Origin: a virus
Taxonomy: Duplodnaviria; Caudoviricetes
Length of the DNA: 64,000 bases
Strand: one strand, 5' to 3'
Virus record (IMG/VR): IMGVR_UViG_3300020112_000420
Coordinates: 22,459-86,458 of that record
The notes beneath the pieces were generated by a model that searched no databases, was not told the origin of the DNA, and was given only the letters and a program-made list of their open reading frames with translations. Each line of letters starts with the position of its first letter. Within the stretch, counting starts at the first letter, position 1. A program made the position numbers and the translations under genes. Shown piece by piece: positions 30,802 through 38,682 of the stretch.

Positions 30802-32628
30802 ATGGTAAACTTATCCACGGGTCGTGACTTCGACGAAGCGGACGAAGAGGAAAGCGGTAATGCCGACATTACCGAACACGCCTTTTTCGCCCCCGCGTTC
30901 TATGAAGCGTGGGACGATTGGATAACGGGTACTTACACCACGCCCGACGGAGTGACGCACACGTTGCGCGAGATGATTCTTGCGGGCGGGCGAGGTTGCG
31001 TGGACGGTGACACGCTTGTAGACACGCCTATGGGCAAGGTTCGCATCCGCGACTTCAAAGGCGGCAAAGTGCTGTGCTTTGACGGCGGGCGCATGACAGT
31101 TGGCGAGGCGAAGCGTCCGACAATGGGTACGGAAGAAGACCTTTATGCCGTGACGGTCGAGGACGGTCGAACGATTGTCTGCACCGACCAGCACAAGTTC
31201 CTTACGGGCGGCGGCAAGTGGAAGCAAATGTGCCAACTCGCCCTTGGAGAGCCGCTTGTCATGCTCGGAAAATGCGGCTACGCGGAGAGTGTCAGCGTTG
31301 CGTCCATACGTTTCGTCAAACGCGACTACTACTATGACCTCGATGTCGTCGGGACGCACAACTACTTCGCCAATGGATTCCTCAACCACAATAGCACAAA
31401 GTCATCGTTTGCGGCGGCGGCTATCGTGCTGGCGTTGGAGCGCGATTGGCAAGACGCGGAAGACCGCAAGTGCGGGCGAAACGGCATGGGCATCGGGCCG
31501 AACCACGACCTTCCCGACAAGAAGTGGTATCGCCATCTGACGAACGCCATTGTCTATCGAAAGGTTGCCGCCACGCTTGCCGATTCCGTCTACAACCAAT
31601 TTGCGCAGACGATGGGCGACTACATGGGCGAAGCGATAATGAACCATTGGAAGTTCAGAAAATCGCCGCTCTCGATTGTCAACGAGGAGTCGGGTCAGGT
31701 CATTATGTTCCGTGGCTTGGACGACCCGCTGAAGTCGAAGTCCATCAAGCCGCCGAAGGGGTACTTCAGATACCTATGGTTGGAAGAATGGGCGGAGTTC
31801 GACGGCATGGAAGAAGTGCGTTCCGTCCGTCAGTCCATTCTTCGCGGCGGTAAGAAGATGCAGTCGATTTACTCGTACAACCCGCCCGAAACGTCGTCGA
31901 ACTGGGTCAACGAGGAAGCGGAGCGCGTCGTCGAAGGGCGCAAACTCTACAAGTCGGACTACCTATCCGTGCCAAAGGAGTGGCTTGGGGAGGACTTCTT
32001 CATCGAAGCGGAGAACCTCAAAAAGCAGAACTACCGCGCCTACCGCCACGAGTATTTGGGAGAAGTCACGGGTAATGGTGGAACGATATTCCCGAACCTC
32101 GTTGAGCGCGAGATTAGCGATGAAGAAATCAAACACTACGACATTATTAGGTATGGATTGGACTTTGGTTTTGCCATTGACCCTGCGGCGGTTGCGTTCC
32201 TTTACTATGACGTGACGAGAAGGCGCGTGGTGTGCTTTAACGAAATCTATGAAAGGGGATTGACAAACCAAGAACTTGCAGAGAAGGTGCTGAAGAAGAT
32301 TGTCAACCTTGAGTTCGTCCATTGTGATAGTGCTGAACCGAAGTCGATAGCCGAACTCATATCGTGTGGCATCAACGCGCTTGCCGTCCGAAAAGGCCCT
32401 GACAGTATTCGTGCGGGCATCCACTTTTTGCAAAGTATGAACTCGATTGAGTGCGACATGCGCAGAACGCCAAACTTTTACAATGAGTTCAAGAAGTATG
32501 AGTACGAGAAGGACAAGAGTGGAAATTTCGTGTCACGCTATCCCGACGGGAACGGCGTTGCGAACCATCTCATCGACGCCTGCCGCTATGGATTAGAGGA
32601 TGATATGACGCACGGTGGACTGTTCTGA
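30802..32628 (+). CDS. terL: Terminase large subunit (PBSX-like), interrupted by an intein
   Basis: Walker A GGRG|STKSS, FRGLDDPLKSKS, WLEEWAE, YSYNPP, GLDFGFAIDP, HLIDACRY. Confidence 0.92.
   Translation: MVNLSTGRDFDEADEEESGNADITEHAFFAPAFYEAWDDWITGTYTTPDGVTHTLREMILAGGRGCVDGDTLVDTPMGKVRIRDFKGGKVLCFDGGRMTVGEAKRPTMGTEEDLYAVTVEDGRTIVCTDQHKFLTGGGKWKQMCQLALGEPLVMLGKCGYAESVSVASIRFVKRDYYYDLDVVGTHNYFANGFLNHNSTKSSFAAAAIVLALERDWQDAEDRKCGRNGMGIGPNHDLPDKKWYRHLTNAIVYRKVAATLADSVYNQFAQTMGDYMGEAIMNHWKFRKSPLSIVNEESGQVIMFRGLDDPLKSKSIKPPKGYFRYLWLEEWAEFDGMEEVRSVRQSILRGGKKMQSIYSYNPPETSSNWVNEEAERVVEGRKLYKSDYLSVPKEWLGEDFFIEAENLKKQNYRAYRHEYLGEVTGNGGTIFPNLVEREISDEEIKHYDIIRYGLDFGFAIDPAAVAFLYYDVTRRRVVCFNEIYERGLTNQELAEKVLKKIVNLEFVHCDSAEPKSIAELISCGINALAVRKGPDSIRAGIHFLQSMNSIECDMRRTPNFYNEFKKYEYEKDKSGNFVSRYPDGNGVANHLIDACRYGLEDDMTHGGLF
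30997..31392 (+). mobile_element. Mini-intein (132 aa, no homing endonuclease) in the TerL Walker A
   Basis: Begins CVDGDTLV; block B CTDQHKF; block F YDLDV; ends NYFANGFLNHN followed by Ser+1. Confidence 0.93.
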
Positions 32629-32633
32629 TTTAT

Positions 32634-33090
32634 ATGCTTGAAGAATACGAAAACCGTCTCACGGGAGAGCGATACCCAATTTACGGCGACATGCGTTTGC
32701 CGCAGATTATATCCATTGTCAAGACATTGACGCGGTTATGGAATGACCGTCGATTGAGTTTTGCCCGCATAGGCGACGGGGAACTTACGCTTATGGGCGG
32801 AAATGCGGGTTGCGTCTACGAGAAGGGTGGTGATGGGTTCGCTGAAATGGTGGCGCGTATGCTGACGGAGCGCAATGCCCGTTGCATGGTGGGTCTGTCG
32901 TTGCCGCATTATGAACGGGAGCGGCACGAAGTTGGTGTGCCTCTGTTGCGGGCCGCTTGCATCTGTTCTGGCGTGGGAGTTGTCGCACGAAATGCGCTGT
33001 CTCGACATGGGACACTTCCCACGGGAGTTCGCGGAGTTTGAGCAAGGTGTCGCGCCTACGAAGAATTTTGGGCTGTTTTTCTGCTCGTGA
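32634..33090 (+). pseudogene. Frameshifted, internally deleted GT-D (DUF1792-like) glycosyltransferase
   Basis: SFARIGDGEL in ORF 32634-33041; GPLASVLAWEL...LDMGH in ORF 32875-33090 (different frame). Confidence 0.65.
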
Positions 33091-33091
33091 T

Positions 33092-33107
33092 TTGACCTTA
33101 TGGCTAT
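33092..33107 (+). promoter_or_regulatory. Putative late promoter (copy 3)
   Basis: TTGAC-CTTA-TGGCTAT before the portal gene. Confidence 0.7.
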
Positions 33108-33127
33108 CATCGGAAAGGTGTAGACCT

Positions 33128-35014
33128 ATGTTTGGCAAGATTAAAGACATATTCGGCAAGGGCAAGCCGTTGGAAGAAGTGAAGAAACCGAAGCGCGAGA
33201 AGTCCGCGCTTGAGCGCATTAAGGAGAACCGCGCCCTCAACGGGCGACCGAAGGTCGGACTGCACAAGACGTTCGACAAGGAAGCCGCGCTGAAGCGGTG
33301 CTTTCCCCGTCAGGGCGTAGGCACGAACAAGGGCATTTGCATTACGCCCGACGTGCCGATGGGTTCGGCGGCGAACGGTGCGTCAGACGCGCCCCGTGGC
33401 ACGGTGGCGACGGACGCAAGCGAGGAGGGTGGCGCGGAGGCGGCGCGTCGCCAAGACCAGTTGGAGCGCATGGAGTATTTCAACCCGCTGTCCCGTTGGG
33501 GCATGGACGAGAAGGTGCTGGAACTCTACGAGAGCCGCGTCTTCATCGGATTCCCCGCAATGGCGCAGATTGCGACGCATGAAATCGTCTGCGGTGCGCT
33601 CGACATTCCCGCGAAGGACGCAATCGCGAAGGGCTACACGATTGACATTGCCAACGAGGGCGGCGAAGAGAGCGACAAGGACAATGACGGCGTGGACGAG
33701 AAGAACGCCGACATGGTGCGGAAGATTCTGAAGGTGGCGGACGGCGAACACCGCATCGGCAACGTGTGCCGCAACTTCTGCTTTCAGAAGCGCGAGTTCG
33801 GCGTGGCGTATGCCGTGCCGATTTTCAAGGACGAGGAGAACCACGACTACAGCAAGCCGTTCAACCCCGACGGCATTGCGAAGGATTCCTTCATCGGCAT
33901 GAAGGTCATCGAGCCGATTTGGATGTCTTGGGAGTTCAAGAAGGCGGACGCGAACAACCCGCTGGCGTTTTCGTTCTACGAACCGGAGTGGTATCGCGTC
34001 CAGGGCAACGAGCGCATCCATAAGTCGTGGGTCGTCAAGGCGATACACGTCCCCGTGTCGGATTTGAAGAAGCCGACCTACTACTTCGGCGGCATGTCGC
34101 TGACGCAGATGATTTACGAGCGCATGTACTGCGCGGACAAGTGCGCCAACGAAGCCCCGATGTTGGTTATGACGAAGCGTCTGTTGGTTGCCGACGCGAA
34201 CGTGCAGGCGATGCTGTCGGACGACACCGTGGCGAAGAAGACGATGGAATCGCTCAACTACTTCCGCGACAACTTCAGCGTGTTCTTCAAGAACCCGAAC
34301 ACGCAAGTCAACCAGATTGACACCTCGTTGGAAGGCGTGGCGCAGACGGGCATGACGATGTATCAGTTGTGCGCGGCAATCGCGGGTATGCCCGTCACCA
34401 AGTTGATGAAGAACGTGCCGACGGGACTCCAAAGCACGGGCGACTACGAGATGGCGGACTACCACGAGTTGCTGACGGAAATCCAGGAGCATGACTACAA
34501 GCCGCTCATGGATATGTACTTCAAGTGCCTCACCAAGTCGATGTTCGGCAAGGTGATAGACGTTGTGGTGAAGTTCAACCCGCTCGACACGCCGAAGCGG
34601 GGCGAAATCGTGCAGGAGGAGTCGTCGTTGGCTTCCACGATTTCGACGTATCTGACGGCGAACGTGATTACGATTGAAGAGGCGCGTGACATTCTTCGCA
34701 AGCGCAAGGACGGTTTCTTTTCGGGCATTGGCAAGGTGCTTCCCGAAACGTTGGAGAAGCGCAAGCAGACGGAACTCGCGCAACTCGACCAGCAGATACA
34801 GCAGGCGAAACAGCCGCAGAACCCGATGGGCGGCATGGGCGGAGAGCCGACGGCGGAGAACGACCCCGCCGCGCAGGAGGAAGAGCAGTTGACATCCCAA
34901 GCGGTAGCCGAAGCGGAGAAGGTGATTCAAGGCAACGGCGCGGAAGGTGGCAAGGAAGAGGAAGGTGGCGAGAACGCCGAACAGCCGCCGAGCAAGGAAA
35001 GCGCGGAGGGATAA
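33128..35014 (+). CDS. Portal protein (DUF1073 type)
   Basis: GFPAMAQIA...DIPAKDAIAKG...IHKSWVV...AGMPVTKLM...GLQSTGDYEMADY; follows TerL. Confidence 0.85.
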   Translation: MFGKIKDIFGKGKPLEEVKKPKREKSALERIKENRALNGRPKVGLHKTFDKEAALKRCFPRQGVGTNKGICITPDVPMGSAANGASDAPRGTVATDASEEGGAEAARRQDQLERMEYFNPLSRWGMDEKVLELYESRVFIGFPAMAQIATHEIVCGALDIPAKDAIAKGYTIDIANEGGEESDKDNDGVDEKNADMVRKILKVADGEHRIGNVCRNFCFQKREFGVAYAVPIFKDEENHDYSKPFNPDGIAKDSFIGMKVIEPIWMSWEFKKADANNPLAFSFYEPEWYRVQGNERIHKSWVVKAIHVPVSDLKKPTYYFGGMSLTQMIYERMYCADKCANEAPMLVMTKRLLVADANVQAMLSDDTVAKKTMESLNYFRDNFSVFFKNPNTQVNQIDTSLEGVAQTGMTMYQLCAAIAGMPVTKLMKNVPTGLQSTGDYEMADYHELLTEIQEHDYKPLMDMYFKCLTKSMFGKVIDVVVKFNPLDTPKRGEIVQEESSLASTISTYLTANVITIEEARDILRKRKDGFFSGIGKVLPETLEKRKQTELAQLDQQIQQAKQPQNPMGGMGGEPTAENDPAAQEEEQLTSQAVAEAEKVIQGNGAEGGKEEEGGENAEQPPSKESAEG

Positions 35015-35170
35015 ATGCCGACGTTGCCGAAGGGTGAGCCGCTTCCGCTTGTGAAAAAGGAAAACGCGACGCTGGCATTTCTCAAAAAGTGGTTGCCTCG
35101 GTTCGTCGTGAAGACACGGGACGCGACGGGGCGACCGACCATCTTCATTGGGTTCAAATGGAAGTTTTAG
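35015..35170 (+). CDS. Small hypothetical protein (51 aa) coupled to the portal gene
   Basis: TAAATG junction; MPTLPKGEP...IFIGFKWKF. Confidence 0.45.
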   Translation: MPTLPKGEPLPLVKKENATLAFLKKWLPRFVVKTRDATGRPTIFIGFKWKF

Positions 35171-35256
35171 GACTTGGGCGAACGCCCGCATCGTCGTTGG
35201 TGGTGTTCTGAACGGGCGGCGGTGCGGGCGAAAACCCTAACGAAAAGGCGGTTTTC

Positions 35257-35279
35257 ATAGCGAAAGCCGCCATTTTTTT
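35257..35279 (+). terminator. Intrinsic terminator after the portal operon
   Basis: GGCGGTTTTC / GAAAGCCGCC stem followed by ATTTTTTT. Confidence 0.7.
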
Positions 35280-35296
35280 CGCCCTAAAAAAAGTTT

Positions 35297-35375
35297 AAAA
35301 TACCCCCTTGCGCGGTAGATGCGATTTATGGTATCATATTGGTGTCGAAGGGATAAGAGGAAGGCAAGGTGCTGA
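35297..35375 (+). promoter_or_regulatory. Early promoter cassette D
   Basis: TTGCGC 35308-35313, 18 bp, TATCAT 35332-35337; short GGCA-AGG-TGCT hairpin. Confidence 0.75.
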
Positions 35376-35485
35376 CCGAACTTTGCAAGTATATCGACGA
35401 AGGCGGGTACAACCCGAAAATCAAAAAATACGTTCGTTCGCAAAATTGGGTTGCGGCGGCATAACGGGAAATGAGGAGGTGCGAT

Positions 35486-37120
35486 ATGGCGAACACGAAA
35501 GAGAGAAATGCGAAAATCGTCCAGTTCTTCGACGAGGCATTTGACGAGGAAATGGAACGCAAGTTCAAGGACATGCTCAAGGCGCATTTGTTGGATAACA
35601 AGGTCTATGTTTTCGGACACGGGAACTACACCATTGTTCACCCCCGAAACGGGCGGCTGATGGTCATGCGCGACAAGAGCGCGGCGACGGCGTTTGCGGC
35701 GATTCACGAAATCAAGTTTGACAATTGGAGGTGATTGAAAATGGACTACATGATGATGGCTACCCACTTCTTCGGCACGGCGCAAGACTTGACGCTCAAT
35801 GCGAAAGGGTGCGAATACTACGTCTCTATCAGCAAGGGCGGGTTCAGATACCGCGATACCGAATACGAGGACGATAAGTTTGAGTGCGCGGGTTCGCCAG
35901 CCTTTCCGACATACCAGGCGGCGGCGGAGTTCTATTGCAAGTTGGCGGCGGAGTTCGGTGCGGGCAACTATGATTGGGAGCATCGCGCCCGTTTCGTCAG
36001 GGAAGGTGAAATCGCGTAATACGGAGGTTGAAACAATGAAGCGCAAGCAGAAAGACGGCGGCGGTTTTTGGGTTGAGGTGTCGCGTGAAGGTGACACGAG
36101 CGGGGCGCGTATCGACTTCGGGCAACTGCACAAGTTCAAGACGCGCCTGGGCGCGGTAGCGTTCGGCACAAGGTTTGTGGAACTATTCTACGACACAATG
36201 GCGGATGAGAAGTATACGAAGAAGCGGCTGAACCTTCCCGATGTGGCGAATGCGCTTCTATCGGGTGGCAACGTGATTTGCATGGGTCACGAGTTCCTTG
36301 TTTGCGGTGGAAAATGAAAGCGAAACGCATTGCAATCGGTCATTACAACTATCGTGGTTTAGACATTAGAAGGCACGATGGACGCGGTGTTTCTCATTGG
36401 CGTTGGGTATGGGAGATAACCGATAATGATGGCTGTTGGGGACATTGGCCAACGCTTGAAATGTGCAAGGACGACATTGATTCAGAAATAGAGAAAGAAA
36501 ATGCGAAGAAAAGCGGTCACAACGGTTGAGAGCGAAATGCCGATGACGGCGTTGCGCAAGGTGCTGTCAATAGCCGAAGACGGCAATCTGACGGAGCGCA
36601 AGCGTCTCTCGATGATAGTCAAGGCGGTTCGCATGGCGTTGAAGAGGAACGACAAGCCGAAGGCGAGGACATGGATTCAGCGCGAACGCGAGGCGTTCCT
36701 ACGGAGATGGGGCGTATCGTATGCTTATGCGGAGCATTTATGGTATACTGAAGTCGTGGCGGGAAGGCGCATATCGTCTGATTTTCAAATGGCTATCGTG
36801 CGACATGCACAGTTGGAATGCGCGTGGGAAGAGACGGGCGAACGCCCCAAGGAGATTGAATAAGTATGACGCAATATGAATACGAGCGCAAGACGACGGG
36901 TGAAATGCGGGCTATGCGGCGCGAAATGGCGCGGCGGGCGCGGTCTTGCTTTTGGTATGCGGTGGGTCATTTCTGTTTGGCGGTGATGACATTCGCCATT
37001 CCCCGCGTTGGTCGCCGCGAACGCATGAAGTGCCTAGATGGTTGGTTCACTATGGGTATGTATCGAAGCGGAATCAAGGTATTGCTTCAGCATAAGGGCG
37101 TGGCAGAGCCATTGTTTTGA
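35486..37120 (+). CDS. Six small early hypothetical proteins (35486-35734; 35741-36019; 36036-36317; 36314-36529; 36537-36863; 36866-37120)
   Basis: GGAGG RBS, coupled ORFs after cassette D. Confidence 0.6.
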
Positions 37121-37132
37121 GTTTATGAAAAA

Positions 37133-37216
37133 CGGAAGGTGTCAGAATCGGTCAATGAACTGGTCTCATAATCCAGCGCGAAAGCATTGCGGGTTCGAGT
37201 CCCGCCCTTCCGACCA
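37133..37216 (+). tRNA. tRNA with CAU anticodon (Met or Ile2) and a long variable arm; CCA encoded
   Basis: Acceptor CGGAAGG/CCTTCCG, A73, CCA; anticodon arm CTGGT-CTCATAA-TCCAG; T-arm GCGGG-TTCGAGT-CCCGC. Confidence 0.9.
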
Positions 37217-37230
37217 TTTTAGTTGTCTGT

Positions 37231-37246
37231 TTGACCGTGTGGCTAT
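37231..37246 (+). promoter_or_regulatory. Putative late promoter (copy 4)
   Basis: TTGAC-CGTG-TGGCTAT. Confidence 0.7.
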
Positions 37247-37267
37247 TGTTGAACGGAGTTTACAAAC

Positions 37268-38143
37268 ATGAGCCATAAAGAAGCAGTTGACAGCCTTTTG
37301 AGCGAACTTATCGGCAAGCGTGTCCGCACGATTGCCCATGATGCTCTTGAAACCATGAATAAAGCACCGACTTCCACGGCGGTTGGTGGTGGCGACGGAG
37401 ATGGCGACGAAAAGACCATTGAGGAGCATGACAGGAAGCATCATCCCGATGGCTACAAAGGCGGCAAATGCTCATGGCGCGATAAACACGGCATGACGGC
37501 GGGACAAGTTGCGACGGGAGCGAGTGGCGCAAGCGGTGCGGCGGTGGCGACGACAACTCCGACTTGGAACACGGGCGTGACTGCCACGGGCGCAAGCGGT
37601 GCGCCGAGCAACGAGGCGACGGGCGCGACGGGGGAAAGTGGAAACGCCGAGCCGATGGAAAAGGACTTCACGGGCATCAAGGATGGCAAGGTTTGGAAGT
37701 CTGGAGCGGAACTTGCGCCGACTTTCCAAGATGAAGGAACGAAGTCGAAGTACCGCATGGCGCGAAACAAGTTCGTGCGCGAACTCCTCGGCAAGGAGGA
37801 TGGCACTTTCGACCTTGAATCTGGCAATCCCGTGTCCTACAACGACGGCTATCAGGTTGCGTTTCAGACCACGGAATCCGAAGATGGCAAAATGTCGGAC
37901 GAGGAATATGACAAGATTGTGGAAGAGATTGTAAAGGCAACGGGCGCAAAGCCGAACCTTGGCAATTTTGAAGTGCCGGAGATTTCGTTCCATGTCGCCA
38001 CGAAGAAGCAGGCGAAGGAACTTATGAAGAAGTACAACCAGCATTCGATATGGGATTGGAAGGCTGGCGACATAATTCTAAACGAAGACCTTGACGTTGC
38101 GACGAACAGCGTCAAGAGCGGAGAAAACAAGGAGGAGAAGTAA
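37268..38143 (+). CDS. Leader + His/Cys module + C-terminal SAM-lyase-like domain (putative virion cargo)
   Basis: DGTFDLESGNP...GYQVAF...LGNF..PEIS...NQHSIWDW..GDII resembles the phage SAM lyase pattern. Confidence 0.5.
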   Translation: MSHKEAVDSLLSELIGKRVRTIAHDALETMNKAPTSTAVGGGDGDGDEKTIEEHDRKHHPDGYKGGKCSWRDKHGMTAGQVATGASGASGAAVATTTPTWNTGVTATGASGAPSNEATGATGESGNAEPMEKDFTGIKDGKVWKSGAELAPTFQDEGTKSKYRMARNKFVRELLGKEDGTFDLESGNPVSYNDGYQVAFQTTESEDGKMSDEEYDKIVEEIVKATGAKPNLGNFEVPEISFHVATKKQAKELMKKYNQHSIWDWKAGDIILNEDLDVATNSVKSGENKEEK

Positions 38144-38147
38144 TACC

Positions 38148-38468
38148 ATGATTGACGAAGCGAAGTTGGACGAGGCGTTGGCGGCGTTTTTGTCGAACCC
38201 GAAATGGGCGGAATACTACGGTAATGCGCCGAGCGGAGCAAAGGAACTCATTGCGCTTCAGTTCTATCGTTCCCATGTGGATGACGAGGACACGCCCGAA
38301 ATGCTGGAACTCGTGAAAGAGACGAAGGAAGCATTGGATGGCGAGGATTTGGACTATCTGATTGAGAATTGCCCTAATGCTCAGGCGAAGGCGGAGTACC
38401 GCGCTTTGAAGGATAATCGCGGAGGTGGCGTTCAGACTGATGGAGCGGCGGTTGGCGAAGGCAAGTGA
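38148..38468 (+). CDS. Small acidic protein (possible inhibitor of the upstream domain)
   Basis: GGAGGAG RBS, 106 aa, acidic. Confidence 0.6.
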   Translation: MIDEAKLDEALAAFLSNPKWAEYYGNAPSGAKELIALQFYRSHVDDEDTPEMLELVKETKEALDGEDLDYLIENCPNAQAKAEYRALKDNRGGGVQTDGAAVGEGK

Positions 38469-38585
38469 TTTGTGTTGGTTGGGTGTTGTTTCATGGTTGG
38501 TTGTGTTCATGGTTACTCCTTGGTTTGGGTGAACGGCTAAAAGGTAGGCCGTAGAAGGTAAAACGCGGCAAATGCTTGCGTTTTA

Positions 38586-38633
38586 GGGCGGGTTCGGGGT
38601 CTGCAAGGGTTTCCTCGTTCCCGCCCCTTTTTT
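38586..38633 (+). terminator. Intrinsic terminator
   Basis: GGGCGGG...CCCGCCC followed by CTTTTTT. Confidence 0.6.
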
Positions 38634-38647
38634 GACCTAGTGGCTAT
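38632..38647 (+). promoter_or_regulatory. Putative late promoter (copy 5)
   Basis: TTGAC-CTAG-TGGCTAT. Confidence 0.7.
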
Positions 38648-38682
38648 GGTTAGATAGACAAGCATTAGGAGAAGTGCCGAAA

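Noticed and set aside
33128-35014. Anti-CBASS Acb1 label sometimes attached to DUF1073 proteins
   Set aside because: No pair of HxT/S phosphoesterase motifs seen; size and position after TerL indicate a portal
35015-35170. C-terminal FIGFKWKF as an outer-membrane beta-signal
   Set aside because: 51 aa with no signal peptide; the resemblance is probably coincidental
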